A stretch of DNA of 64,000 nt from the IMG/VR virus record IMGVR_UViG_3300036766_002289, positions 62,001 to 126,000 of that record; one strand, given 5' to 3'. The notes under the pieces were generated by a model. The model was not told the origin of the DNA. It did not search any database and saw only the letters and a program-made list of their open reading frames with translations. The position numbers and the translations under genes were made by a program. Of this stretch, positions 7,954 to 17,139 are shown one piece after another (position 1 is the stretch's first letter; each line of letters begins with the position of its first letter).

Positions 7954-8289
7954 ATGGACAGACGAACTTGGTTCGCATCTTTGTTTGGCGGTGTTGCTGC
8001 TATCTTAGGTTATAAGACTGCACAGATTTCCAGTATGGGAGCAACAGAAGCCAGGCTTCTCAATGACCTGATCTCCAGTGGGGAGCAGGCAACAAAAAAA
8101 GTCAATGACCTTAGAGACTCAGGCTTAGTGTCTGACTACGACATTTTGACAAAATGGATGGGTTATTCAGCAAATGATGCCACGGAGATGGTGACTCGTC
8201 TTAAAATTCAGAAACTTGAAGAAATTAAGCTGCAAGTTTTGGCTCAAAACCCACAGCTATTGGGAATTGGTGTTCCTAAAAATGCATAA
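7954..8289 (+). CDS. Tat-signal protein with probable portal C-terminal-like segment
   Basis: MDRRTWFASLFGG; LVSDYDILTKWMGYS..KIQKLEEIKLQVLAQNPQLLG. Confidence 0.55.
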   Translation: MDRRTWFASLFGGVAAILGYKTAQISSMGATEARLLNDLISSGEQATKKVNDLRDSGLVSDYDILTKWMGYSANDATEMVTRLKIQKLEEIKLQVLAQNPQLLGIGVPKNA

Positions 8290-8674
8290 AATAGCTTGGA
8301 AATCACTTCGTAAAGATGGAGGCATGGGACGTGCCTCCATTAATCATTTTACGTCCGATGGGAAGAAGACTTTATGCAATAAGCCTATTCCTGTCACCGA
8401 ACTTTGTTTAGACTCCAAGCATGATTGTAAAAAATGTAGTGCAATAAAAACGCGGGCGGAAGATTATGTTAAAATAATGGCAGACAAGCCAGCTTATTTT
8501 AAGGAAGTGGTTGAATTGCTTGGTGGTCATTATGAGCCAGAAGGCGTTGCTTGGTGGGATAATCATGGCAATAAGAAAGATATGTATGTTGCCTATGGTC
8601 GTCTTGCTCCATTCATGGACAATAGTGACAATTTTAGAATGACTGATAATGCCTTATATTATGCAAAATCTTAA
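8282..8674 (+). CDS. hypothetical Zn-binding protein
   Basis: H..TLC..CKKC. Confidence 0.55.
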   Translation: MHKIAWKSLRKDGGMGRASINHFTSDGKKTLCNKPIPVTELCLDSKHDCKKCSAIKTRAEDYVKIMADKPAYFKEVVELLGGHYEPEGVAWWDNHGNKKDMYVAYGRLAPFMDNSDNFRMTDNALYYAKS

Positions 8675-9011
8675 AATAATCAGAAAAGCCATGCTGAAAG
8701 CAGCTAGGGCCGACACTTCATGTAGTCCAGAAGGATATGATAGGAAAAAGTCCCCTTTGCATCTGCATTGTGCTGCCGCCGCATGTATTGTTAAAGCCTT
8801 ATTTAATGGCGAAATAGTGACGGGAAGAGTGAAAGGCATTCAGCATTATTGGAATAGACTGCCAGATGGCGTCGAAGTAGATTTAACTTCTTGTCAGTTT
8901 GGTGGGGATGGATTTACGCCCTTCAAAAAGGGCAGGAAAGTTATAAGAAAAGGGTTGACGCCTTTAAGGTTTCTTTTATTTGCAGCTAGAGTTAGGAATG
9001 AATTGGTGTAA
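8649..9011 (+). CDS. YunG-like protein
   Basis: DTS..HCAAAA..FNGEI..HYWNRLPDGVEVDLTSCQF. Confidence 0.75.
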   Translation: MPYIMQNLKIIRKAMLKAARADTSCSPEGYDRKKSPLHLHCAAAACIVKALFNGEIVTGRVKGIQHYWNRLPDGVEVDLTSCQFGGDGFTPFKKGRKVIRKGLTPLRFLLFAARVRNELV

Positions 9012-9013
9012 TA

Positions 9014-9364
9014 ATGGAAAAAAGATATGTTGCAAGTTTGCAGGATGAAATCGACAGGGATTGTTACAAAGATTTTTTTGAATCTGACAAATTAGAAGAA
9101 ACGAAGCAACACGCTGACGAAAGAGCCGAAAAATACCAAAGATCGGCAGTTGTGTTTGACAGGCGTTTTGGCATAGTGTACAAGAAAGAGATTAAAAGAA
9201 CTGGTGATACGGAAGTTAAGGTCGTGAAACCAATAATCAGTAAGCGTTCTAAGGTAGTGACGAAGCCAGAACCTGTGTCAGAATCTACACCGCCGATTAA
9301 GCGTGGTAGAGGGCGTCCTCCTAAGTCAGAATTCAAACCTGCATCTAATGATGATTATTTTTAG
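9014..9364 (+). CDS. hypothetical protein with AT-hook and DDYF C-terminus
   Basis: KRGRGRPPK. Confidence 0.65.
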   Translation: MEKRYVASLQDEIDRDCYKDFFESDKLEETKQHADERAEKYQRSAVVFDRRFGIVYKKEIKRTGDTEVKVVKPIISKRSKVVTKPEPVSESTPPIKRGRGRPPKSEFKPASNDDYF

Positions 9365-9372
9365 GAGGATTT

Positions 9373-9789
9373 ATGTCTCTTGAAGAAGCATTGCAAACTA
9401 GATTGAAAAGCCTCCCTAACAAAAGGTACAAAAGCAATGAGATGTTTAATATAATTAGCGAATTTTTATTATCTCCATTGCTCCCTGATATTATTGAACT
9501 TAATAATATCCTGCATTGGGTCGTCCTGAACAAGGATGGCAATTCTTCATCTATCGACATAAGATATGAGAAAAAGAAAAGATCAGGATTGTTGAGTTCT
9601 CTTTTTTGGGTTTTTAATCGGTGGGGAACTGGCTTGAGGATTAAATACGAAAAAGACGGACAAATTTTTATTTGCTCGTATTATAGGCATAGCTTTTACT
9701 CTCTGGCTGAACAACTAAAAACTGCCTATTATGAAAAGTTGCATGATGCGTTTCATGCTGGGTTTGTTATCGTTGATAAAACCAGATAG
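9373..9789 (+). CDS. hypothetical protein
   Basis: ORF with AGGAGG SD. Confidence 0.65.
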   Translation: MSLEEALQTRLKSLPNKRYKSNEMFNIISEFLLSPLLPDIIELNNILHWVVLNKDGNSSSIDIRYEKKKRSGLLSSLFWVFNRWGTGLRIKYEKDGQIFICSYYRHSFYSLAEQLKTAYYEKLHDAFHAGFVIVDKTR

Positions 9790-9798
9790 GGGAAAATT

Positions 9799-10191
9799 AT
9801 GAACCAGGAACAAATCATCTCACAAGTTAAGACAGTCGTAACGGATTGCCTTAATGTTGATGAGGACGAAATCACTCTAGATTCTAGGCTTAGTGCCGAT
9901 TTGGGGGCAGAGTCCATCGACTTTTTGGATTTGACATTCAGACTTGAAAGACAATTCAATATAAGAATCCCACATGGCGACTTGTTCCCAACTGACCTTT
10001 TTAGGGATTTAGATAATTGTGTCGAAGGTGGTAAAGTTACACCTAAAGGAATTGACTTGCTGAAGAGTAAAATTCCTTTTGCTGATTTTTCTGAGTGGGA
10101 GAAAAACCCACAATATGCTACCGTTACGGATTCCTTTACCGTTGGGACTTTGGTAAAGTATATTGGGATGCAGCAAACCATTATCAGCTAG
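9799..10191 (+). CDS. acpP: acyl carrier protein with long insertion
   Basis: ADLGAESIDFLDLTFRLE phosphopantetheine motif; FTVGTLVKYI. Confidence 0.85.
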   Translation: MNQEQIISQVKTVVTDCLNVDEDEITLDSRLSADLGAESIDFLDLTFRLERQFNIRIPHGDLFPTDLFRDLDNCVEGGKVTPKGIDLLKSKIPFADFSEWEKNPQYATVTDSFTVGTLVKYIGMQQTIIS

Positions 10192-10327
10192 GAGTTGAAA
10201 TGTATTACTTGTTTACACAATGTCCCAATGGCGATTGGGAGTTGATTGTTGAATCAAAGGACTTTGCATACATCAACAGGGTGGAAAGAGAGTTGAATTA
10301 TCACGGCATTATTACTGGTATGGTGGG

Positions 10328-11104
10328 ATGGTAGAACCGAACCAAATATACTGCTGTGACTATCTTGAACTACTTAGGCAAATTCCAGATAACTCTGTAT
10401 CCTTAGTGTTGTCAGACCCGCCTTTTGGTATCAACTATAGCAATAACTATACCAAAAAAAAGCATGAAGTCCTACAAGGCGATGCTAGCAAGTTCTCTTA
10501 TCTAGAATTTGGCAAGGAAGCCTTCAGAATTCTTAAAGATGACACCGCAATCTTTGTTTTTACTGGCTGGAGCGAATATCCAGACCACTATAAACAATTA
10601 GAGTCTTGCGGATTCTCTATGAAGGAACCAATTATTTGCCAGAAGAGAGCTTCTGGCAAAACTGATTTATACGGTTCTTTTCAAACCAATTCCGATTGGA
10701 TTATTTTTGCTCATAAGGGCAGATTTAAGTTCAGGAAGACTACTTTAGTAAAGAATAAGAAGGCTGGTGTAATTCCTAATATTGGAAGGTCGCCCGTGCC
10801 AGAGTATAAAACGCGATTTCCCTCTTGTTGGTTTGGTGAAGAATATCCTTGGTCAAGTGAGAATTCTGCGTGGCAGAAGGTCAACGGGATTTATCACCCA
10901 ACTATAAAAGGGCAAATGTTCCTGATGTGGTTGATCCTTTTATCTACAGAACCTGGGGATTTAGTTGTTGATCCTTTTGTTGGGTCTGGGACAACTGCTG
11001 TGGCAGCAAAAATGGCTGCTAGGCAGTTTTTTGCTAGTGACGTATCACCAGAGTTTTGTGAGCAAGCAAGGAAGCGATTGACATTGTGTGATTTTGTAGT
11101 ATAG
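10328..11104 (+). CDS. N4-C/N6-A DNA methyltransferase (beta class)
   Basis: SDPPF..HPTIK..VVDPFVGSGTT. Confidence 0.92.
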   Translation: MVEPNQIYCCDYLELLRQIPDNSVSLVLSDPPFGINYSNNYTKKKHEVLQGDASKFSYLEFGKEAFRILKDDTAIFVFTGWSEYPDHYKQLESCGFSMKEPIICQKRASGKTDLYGSFQTNSDWIIFAHKGRFKFRKTTLVKNKKAGVIPNIGRSPVPEYKTRFPSCWFGEEYPWSSENSAWQKVNGIYHPTIKGQMFLMWLILLSTEPGDLVVDPFVGSGTTAVAAKMAARQFFASDVSPEFCEQARKRLTLCDFVV

Positions 11105-11105
11105 T
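11078..11105 (+). promoter_or_regulatory. sigma70-like promoter
   Basis: TTGACA-16 nt-TATAGT. Confidence 0.5.
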
Positions 11106-11117
11106 AAAGGTGTATGT

Positions 11118-11291
11118 ATGAAAATGGAGACCTGTATGCATGTCGCCGCCAGAATTTGGTGCGACAAGGAATTTGAGCATATCGTAATGGATACGGATGT
11201 CGCAATGAAGATTGCTAAGATATTGTTCTTTGTAGCCAATGCAGATGAGGCTAGTCGTGTATTATTGGCGGATACAACTAAGTCACAGTGA
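11118..11291 (+). CDS. small hypothetical protein (not in the ORF track)
   Basis: MKMETCMHVAARIWCDKEF..; AAGG SD-like sequence upstream. Confidence 0.5.
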   Translation: MKMETCMHVAARIWCDKEFEHIVMDTDVAMKIAKILFFVANADEASRVLLADTTKSQ

Positions 11292-11455
11292 AGTGTATTG
11301 GTCGTCGAGTATCAATTATGGTCTGTTCTCAGTACCGCGTGAAGCGGTTTTGGATGGGCATATGCTTAATGCATTTTTGACTTCTGTTGTGAAGATTGAT
11401 AAAATTTCAAAAGAACAATATAATGAATTTATGGTCGATTGATATATAAATTCAT

Positions 11456-11527
11456 GCTACTCTGGCAGAGAAGTGATGCACCGCTCTAGTAAGGCGGACA
11501 AGGTGGGCGCGATACCCACGGGTAGCT
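11456..11527 (+). tRNA. tRNA-Thr(AGU), atypical T-loop
   Basis: GCTACTC/GGGTAGC; CCGCT-CTAGTAA-GGCGG; GTGGG-CGCGATA-CCCAC. Confidence 0.8.
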
Positions 11528-11531
11528 CTGC

Positions 11532-11603
11532 GCCACTTTGGCAGAGCGGTTATGCACTGGTTTTGTAAACCAGACAATCTGGGTTCGACTCCCAGAGGTG
11601 GCT
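11532..11603 (+). tRNA. tRNA-Thr(UGU)
   Basis: CTGGT-TTTGTAA-ACCAG; GGTTCGACTCC. Confidence 0.93.
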
Positions 11604-11606
11604 CTT

Positions 11607-11843
11607 ATGAAATTTGATTTTAAAAATCGAAAGTATCATAGTCTAAAGATTACAGCCACCAATCCAAAAGATATTTGGTTAAGTGATGACGAAGGTAATC
11701 TAGTCCAAAAAGAAGATGTTTTAATGGATACTAGCTTAATTCCTGGCAATTACTTTGTTGAGTTTGGGCTTGGCAATAAGCAATACTCAATCAAGCTAGA
11801 TAAAAATTTAGAATTCAAACAATCAGATTTTGAAGGAAATTAA
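11607..11843 (+). CDS. hypothetical protein
   Basis: ATG after the tRNA (the track start overlaps the tRNA). Confidence 0.6.
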   Translation: MKFDFKNRKYHSLKITATNPKDIWLSDDEGNLVQKEDVLMDTSLIPGNYFVEFGLGNKQYSIKLDKNLEFKQSDFEGN

Positions 11844-12064
11844 TGGAAGATATAGATTCGACTGAAGTAATTGACAATGAATATTGGATAGTTAGTCTTG
11901 GGAATGTGGCCGAATTAATGGGTCGGGCGCAGTTAAGTATAGGTAAATCCATTGCAAGTCCCAACCATGTTCAAGGTGAATTGGCGTTAGCCTTTTTGAA
12001 AAAGGCTGTCAGAGAACTTGAAGAAACGCTTGATAAAAATTCAAGCGAACAATCGAAGGAGTGA
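11843..12064 (+). CDS. hypothetical protein
   Basis: Coupled ORF. Confidence 0.6.
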   Translation: MEDIDSTEVIDNEYWIVSLGNVAELMGRAQLSIGKSIASPNHVQGELALAFLKKAVRELEETLDKNSSEQSKE

Positions 12065-12067
12065 GTC

Positions 12068-12427
12068 ATGTCCACTGAATTGCGGGCTGCTATCATTACT
12101 CTTTTGGAGAATGGTGGTCAGGTAAACATGGACGCTGACCTTGCTTGTTACTCAACCCGTGACGGATACTACTTTGTTGAATATTTTCTTAATCCAGATA
12201 CTGTTGATACCATGAACCTTACTGCCCATGAAAAGAAACTTTTGGATAATGAAGAAGAGTTGATGGAGATATTTGATAAGCCAGAAGAAGCGGCAGACTT
12301 CTACATGAGGCTTACTAATGGCAGAATGATTCCTGTGCCAAGTTATTGCCGTGATAAGTCCCCAAAGAAGTCCATCAAGGAAAAAGTTGTTGAAGTAAAA
12401 GTTGCAGAAAAAGATGATTATTTCTAG
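12068..12427 (+). CDS. hypothetical protein, DDYF C-terminus
   Basis: ORF with GGAG SD. Confidence 0.65.
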   Translation: MSTELRAAIITLLENGGQVNMDADLACYSTRDGYYFVEYFLNPDTVDTMNLTAHEKKLLDNEEELMEIFDKPEEAADFYMRLTNGRMIPVPSYCRDKSPKKSIKEKVVEVKVAEKDDYF

Positions 12428-12440
12428 TATATAAGTGTAT

Positions 12441-12512
12441 GCGGCTGTAACTCAATGGCAGAGTGCTGGTTTTCCAAGCCAGATGTTGTGGGTTCAAGTC
12501 CCATCAGCCGCT
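12441..12512 (+). tRNA. tRNA-Gly(UCC)
   Basis: GCGGCTG/CAGCCGC-U; CTGGT-TTTCCAA-GCCAG. Confidence 0.94.
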
Positions 12513-12516
12513 CTGA

Positions 12517-12765
12517 ATGCGAAATCACTGGACAGATAAAAGTGCAATTAAGAGGTACATAGACCTTCTCGTTAAAGAGGTGGCCAGATTATGTACAGCG
12601 GATTACGATACCGTTAGAGAACTGCTTGAGCAAGAAATTGTTAAAAGGCCGTTTTCTCCAGAAGAAATAGATGAATTGGTTACTGCTAGTGACGACGATA
12701 TTCTTATAGAAGCTGGAAGAATATACAGTTATCTAACTAAGTCCCAACGTAAAGGGGTATGGTAA
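12517..12765 (+). CDS. hypothetical protein, MRNHW N-terminus
   Basis: ORF after the tRNA. Confidence 0.6.
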   Translation: MRNHWTDKSAIKRYIDLLVKEVARLCTADYDTVRELLEQEIVKRPFSPEEIDELVTASDDDILIEAGRIYSYLTKSQRKGVW

Positions 12766-12906
12766 TGCCAGAAGGTAAAAGTCTTCTTCAAATTGCTTAT
12801 ATCTGCATAAGTATAATTGCCATTCTATGTGCAATGATATTATCTTGTGTTCTGCAAGATAAAGATATTTTTATATCTACCTCCATCGTTGTCGCATTTA
12901 TTGGAT

Positions 12907-13395
12907 TTATGTCTTATATGGGCGATCTTTGGGATTGAGCTTATTCCATAATATCTTAACTGGCTTTTTGAAATAATGTCCGACAAATCCCCCTATTTGT
13001 TTCATGCCAAGTCTTTTTCTTATTGCATTTTCTAAATTTGTTGATTGACACTCGACCCTGGTGGTTGAGAAGAACCATATGAATGTCATTGATGGCACAG
13101 CAATATACCAAGGTGCGTAAATTGGCAATATAAAGAATGAGCCTAATACCCCAAGAATTACTAGTATATGTAATGTGACAAGTGTATAAAAGCTAAACCA
13201 TAGCCATAATGGTGCTGGCGGAATTGGTTTGTCAACGATTCTTCTTAAGCTTGAAAGGAATTTTTTGGTGATTTCATTATTACTCTTTTTACCGATTTCC
13301 TCATCAAGTTTGATGAGCAACTCGGTAAGTTTGTCTTCTGGCAGGTACGTTAATGCTAGTGCTACGATACGCGGAGAGTCATCGCTTGCTACCAT
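12907..13395 (-). CDS. membrane protein (DUF2784-like C-terminus)
   Basis: TM helices; C..TNLENAIRKRLG..GGFVGHY. Confidence 0.65.
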   Translation of the reverse strand: MVASDDSPRIVALALTYLPEDKLTELLIKLDEEIGKKSNNEITKKFLSSLRRIVDKPIPPAPLWLWFSFYTLVTLHILVILGVLGSFFILPIYAPWYIAVPSMTFIWFFSTTRVECQSTNLENAIRKRLGMKQIGGFVGHYFKKPVKILWNKLNPKDRPYKT

Positions 13396-13467
13396 CTTGG
13401 ACTCCTTTCAACCTATATAGTAATATGACCTCACGGTTTTGTGCAACAGGAAATTGAAAAAAATATT

Positions 13468-14244
13468 ATGAATAAGATTATCATTAAAAACGAGAAGCAA
13501 ATAAGAGGTATTCGTAAAAGTTGTCAAATCGCAGCAGCAACTTTAGAATATGCTAAAAAATCTATTGCTGTAGGAATGACTACAGAAGAATTGGACAGGG
13601 CTATAGAAAACTTCATTAGGTCTAAGGGGGCGACTTCAGCGACATTAGAGTATAAAGGTTTTCATAAAGGTCAGCCAAAATTTCCAAAGAGTTGCTGTAT
13701 TTCAGTAAATGAAGAAGTCTGTCATGCAATTCCAGATAGCTATATTATCAAAAACGGAGACATAGTTAGTATAGATGTAGCTGTTATCTTGAATGGTTAT
13801 TATGGTGATAATTGTACTACAGTTCCAGTTGGTAACATATCAGATGACGCCAGACATTTGATTGAGGTCGCTAAAAAATGCTTAGATTTAGGAATAAGAC
13901 AAGTTGCTCCTGGTCGCAAAACTGGTGTGATTGGTCAAGCAATTTATCAATATGCAATTTTACAGGGCTGTACAATAGTAGAGGAATTTTGTGGTCATGG
14001 TGTAGGAATGGCTTTTCATGAACAACCACAAATTCTTCATGTTGCAAAACAAGATGATGGTGATATAATGAAGCCTGGGATGATTTTCACCATAGAACCG
14101 ATGGTCAATTTGGGCGGTCCTGAAGTAATAATGGATAATGATGACCAATGGACCGTTAGAACCGTGGACCAAAGTTTGTCGGCTCAATTTGAGCATTCGG
14201 TTCTGGTAACGACTAATGGATATGAAATACTAACTTTACCATGA
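13468..14244 (+). CDS. map: methionine aminopeptidase type I
   Basis: CCISVNEEVCHAIP..SIDVAV..GDN..CGHGVG..FHE..TIEPMVN..SAQFEHS. Confidence 0.96.
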   Translation: MNKIIIKNEKQIRGIRKSCQIAAATLEYAKKSIAVGMTTEELDRAIENFIRSKGATSATLEYKGFHKGQPKFPKSCCISVNEEVCHAIPDSYIIKNGDIVSIDVAVILNGYYGDNCTTVPVGNISDDARHLIEVAKKCLDLGIRQVAPGRKTGVIGQAIYQYAILQGCTIVEEFCGHGVGMAFHEQPQILHVAKQDDGDIMKPGMIFTIEPMVNLGGPEVIMDNDDQWTVRTVDQSLSAQFEHSVLVTTNGYEILTLP

Positions 14245-14519
14245 TTTATTTTATACTAATGGCCAACTGTTTGTCGATGGGTCTGGGGCTTTATCTCGCA
14301 TTTGATGGACAATTTGTATTAAGCATCGTTTGTTTATTGATTTCATCAATAGGATTTCGTCATCTTTGCATGGAAATTGATAAGCAGGCCCGAAGGAAGA
14401 AAAAAGAGAAGAGAATAAAACCAAAACTTGAAAAGTCGAAACCTAAAAAGGTGGAGAAGGTCAAGGAACAGATGAGTGTGGAAGCTCAACTTAGACTTAA
14501 TAAGTTCTCCATTAACTAG
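14241..14519 (+). CDS. two-TM membrane protein with basic tail
   Basis: Hydrophobic N-terminal half, Lys-rich C-terminal half. Confidence 0.6.
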   Translation: MIYFILMANCLSMGLGLYLAFDGQFVLSIVCLLISSIGFRHLCMEIDKQARRKKKEKRIKPKLEKSKPKKVEKVKEQMSVEAQLRLNKFSIN

Positions 14520-14527
14520 GGGGCATT

Positions 14528-15286
14528 ATGTTAGAGATTATCGGCTCCGTCGCAACTGTTTTGCTTATCATTTTGATTGTTGTCTCTCTTAAAAAGAGTG
14601 GCAAAATCGTTTTCATGGGCAGGTCTGAGAAAATAGATTTTGAAAAAGACATTACTACCATTCCACCGATCCCCATATCTGCGGCCACTTGTAGCCATAG
14701 CTGGGATATAGTAGATGATAAATTGCTAGAAATGCCGCATGAGAAGAAGCATGTCCTGGTATTACAATGCCGTACTTGCGGAATGTTAGATAAGACTATG
14801 GCAGTGACTAGCACTGCGCCCAAACCGCTCCCACCCCCGCCGCTACCACCATGTAATCATAGTTGGGTTGCAGTAACTGATAATACGCTTGATGTAGCAC
14901 ACGAAAAGAAAATTGTTGTTATCTTAACCTGCAAGAATTGTGGGGCTATAGAGAAGACTGTTGAGACCACTAGCAAAGCACCCCCGCCACCACAAGTTCC
15001 ACTTCCAAAGGCTGAATGCCGCCATAAATGGGAAGTGGAAAAGAGAGTGTTGCTAGATTCTGCATACGAGCAAATGTTAGAGAGCATTAAGGTTAAGACA
15101 AGTTCTTATAGTAGTGCCAAAAAGGTTGACCCAAGTAAAGAATTAGATTTGGATTTAAATAAGGCACCAACTTGGATGTTTCAAAAGACTTATGTGTGTA
15201 TCAGGGTTTGCACGTTATGTGGCGAGATTGATAAGACAATAGCTTCGAATTTTGATAAAGAAGAAAACGAGGAGGAGATATCATGA
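14528..15286 (+). CDS. membrane-anchored protein with three CxH..CxxCG Zn-ribbon repeats and polyproline linkers
   Basis: CSHSW..CRTCG; CNHSW..CKNCG; CRHKW..CTLCG. Confidence 0.7.
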   Translation: MLEIIGSVATVLLIILIVVSLKKSGKIVFMGRSEKIDFEKDITTIPPIPISAATCSHSWDIVDDKLLEMPHEKKHVLVLQCRTCGMLDKTMAVTSTAPKPLPPPPLPPCNHSWVAVTDNTLDVAHEKKIVVILTCKNCGAIEKTVETTSKAPPPPQVPLPKAECRHKWEVEKRVLLDSAYEQMLESIKVKTSSYSSAKKVDPSKELDLDLNKAPTWMFQKTYVCIRVCTLCGEIDKTIASNFDKEENEEEIS

Positions 15287-15465
15287 GCGAATTTACTTGG
15301 CCTTGGGAATGGGATTGGAATTGGCCTTTTGCCGCTATTTGTGGCGTTGGTCTGTTTGTCCTTGGAATCGTTCTACATCTTGTCTGTTTTCCTGGTATTG
15401 CTGCCATTATTATCGGCGGTGTAGTTGGTGCTTTTGCAGGAACTTATGAGTGGTTTGAACTATGA
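15283..15465 (+). CDS. small membrane protein
   Basis: Two hydrophobic helices. Confidence 0.55.
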   Translation: MSEFTWPWEWDWNWPFAAICGVGLFVLGIVLHLVCFPGIAAIIIGGVVGAFAGTYEWFEL

Positions 15466-15767
15466 AATCTCCATCAGTTTGCCCATGTTGCGGGCTTACT
15501 TGTTTCCAGGGACGGTTTAAGATATGTAAGAAAGAACATTGGGATTATCCTGATGATGGTGCTGAAGTATGGTGCCAGTTTTGTAATACATGGTTTATGT
15601 GGAATGAAGAGAAACAGATTGCAAAAGTGATAGAGACCGCATTCCCGCGTGGCCATAGGGGTAATAAGGGTGAGATTGTCGGCAAGCCGATTAAAGTTTT
15701 AGCAACGGCTGAATGGGATATGGTGTCGCAACAAAGAACCGACCAAGAAGACCTTATCTGGGAGTAA
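15462..15767 (+). CDS. Zn-ribbon hypothetical protein
   Basis: CPCCG..CQFC. Confidence 0.6.
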   Translation: MKSPSVCPCCGLTCFQGRFKICKKEHWDYPDDGAEVWCQFCNTWFMWNEEKQIAKVIETAFPRGHRGNKGEIVGKPIKVLATAEWDMVSQQRTDQEDLIWE

Positions 15768-15770
15768 ACT

Positions 15771-16115
15771 ATGAGTACGTTCAGTAGAGATATGGGTGAG
15801 TGTGTTTTGTACACGTTACTTAATCTTTCAGATGATAAAAATAACAATGATGGTCTACCGACCGAAATGGCTGGTTGGGTGAAAGAAAAAATTGAAGCTT
15901 TTGTTGTAAGTCCATACTCAGACATGGAGTTATATGATTTTCTTGATAGCGTAGCGAGGATTCCAATTGAAAGATTTGGTGGTGGTTGCGTAGGAGATAT
16001 TAGTGGATTCATCCAGGCAGCGTGTGATGTTAAAAAATGTTATGACCGTCCCGAAGATGGTGATAAGAAGTTTCTTGATAAGGAAGAATGTAGGAAAAAA
16101 TTGGAGAAAAGATGA
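15771..16115 (+). CDS. hypothetical protein
   Basis: ORF with GGAG SD. Confidence 0.6.
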   Translation: MSTFSRDMGECVLYTLLNLSDDKNNNDGLPTEMAGWVKEKIEAFVVSPYSDMELYDFLDSVARIPIERFGGGCVGDISGFIQAACDVKKCYDRPEDGDKKFLDKEECRKKLEKR

Positions 16116-16540
16116 CAGGCATATTTGGATTTTTTGAAGAATACAGGTTCCTTTCTAACTTTTACCCAGCCAAAGTTGAGTTCGATGGTCTGGAGTACAG
16201 TTCCACCGAACACGCATACCAAGCCGCTAAAACGGATGACCCTGCTGAAAGACGTAGAATCAGGGAAACCCAGAAATTTGGCGAAGCTAAGAGATTAGGA
16301 AAAAAAGTCAAGATACGTCCTGATTGGGAAAAGGTTAAGTTCGAAGTAATGGAGGACTTAGTAAGACAGAAGTTTACTAAGCATAAAGAGTTAAAGGAAA
16401 AGCTCTTGGAAACAGGCGACCAATACTTAGAAGAGACAAACACTTGGGGCGATAAAATTTGGGGAGTCTGCAAAGGTGTAGGGCAGAATCATCTTGGGAA
16501 AATCCTAATGAAAATTAGGGGAGAATTAAGAAATGAGTGA
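16112..16540 (+). CDS. NADAR (YbiA-like) family protein
   Basis: FLSNFY..EHAYQAAK..AKRLGK..WGDKIWG..GQNHLGKILM. Confidence 0.93.
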   Translation: MTGIFGFFEEYRFLSNFYPAKVEFDGLEYSSTEHAYQAAKTDDPAERRRIRETQKFGEAKRLGKKVKIRPDWEKVKFEVMEDLVRQKFTKHKELKEKLLETGDQYLEETNTWGDKIWGVCKGVGQNHLGKILMKIRGELRNE

Positions 16541-16823
16541 TATTCAAACAGGGATTCGCTATACTATTCAACGACAGGGATTTAGTTATGATGAAGAAGA
16601 AAGGGAATGGACAACTTGTTATCATGAGGGTAACTTGATTGACACTCCAGACCGTGAATGGATTGCAGCTATGATGGAGTTTTTATCTAAAACAGAAAGA
16701 AAATCTTATCGTTTCCGTATATTGAAAATTGAGACGAGTGTTATAGGCATGGACACGATTAGGGAAGCAATTATTGCGGACCTTGTTAAGTCTGCATATG
16801 GGGATCAATCTAAGCCCCATTAA
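16533..16823 (+). CDS. hypothetical protein
   Basis: Coupled ORF. Confidence 0.55.
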   Translation: MSDIQTGIRYTIQRQGFSYDEEEREWTTCYHEGNLIDTPDREWIAAMMEFLSKTERKSYRFRILKIETSVIGMDTIREAIIADLVKSAYGDQSKPH

Positions 16824-17136
16824 GAAAATCTTTATACCTGTCTTTAAGCTCTTGATAGTTTTTCTTTTTTTGGGTGCCCTGTCGGAATAGGCAAAGAATA
16901 ATTGTACTAAAGAAATTGTAGGCTTTGCCTTTTTCTCTGTCATATCTTGGCAGTTTGTCGAAACAAATCATGACTGCTTCTTGGATATAGTCATCTCGGT
17001 CGGTGAGTATTTTCTTAATGTCTAAACCATTAACTATTCGCTCTGCGACCCAATAAAAAGCTTCGCAGAGCTTGTCTTCACTTATTTTATTATCTAAAAA
17101 ATCAGAAACTGCTTGTTCAAATTCTGAAGCATTCAT
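16810..17136 (-). CDS. miniature sigma-factor-like protein (region 2; T4 gp55-like)
   Basis: DDYIQEAVMICFDKLPRYDREKGKAYNFFSTII. Confidence 0.6.
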   Translation of the reverse strand: MNASEFEQAVSDFLDNKISEDKLCEAFYWVAERIVNGLDIKKILTDRDDYIQEAVMICFDKLPRYDREKGKAYNFFSTIILCLFRQGTQKKKNYQELKDRYKDFLNGA

Positions 17137-17139
17137 GAA

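Noticed and set aside
60-11606. Track starts at 60, 3666, 7185 and 11538
   Set aside because: Their 5' parts overlap tRNA genes; downstream ATGs at 111, 3738, 7263 and 11607 are preferred.
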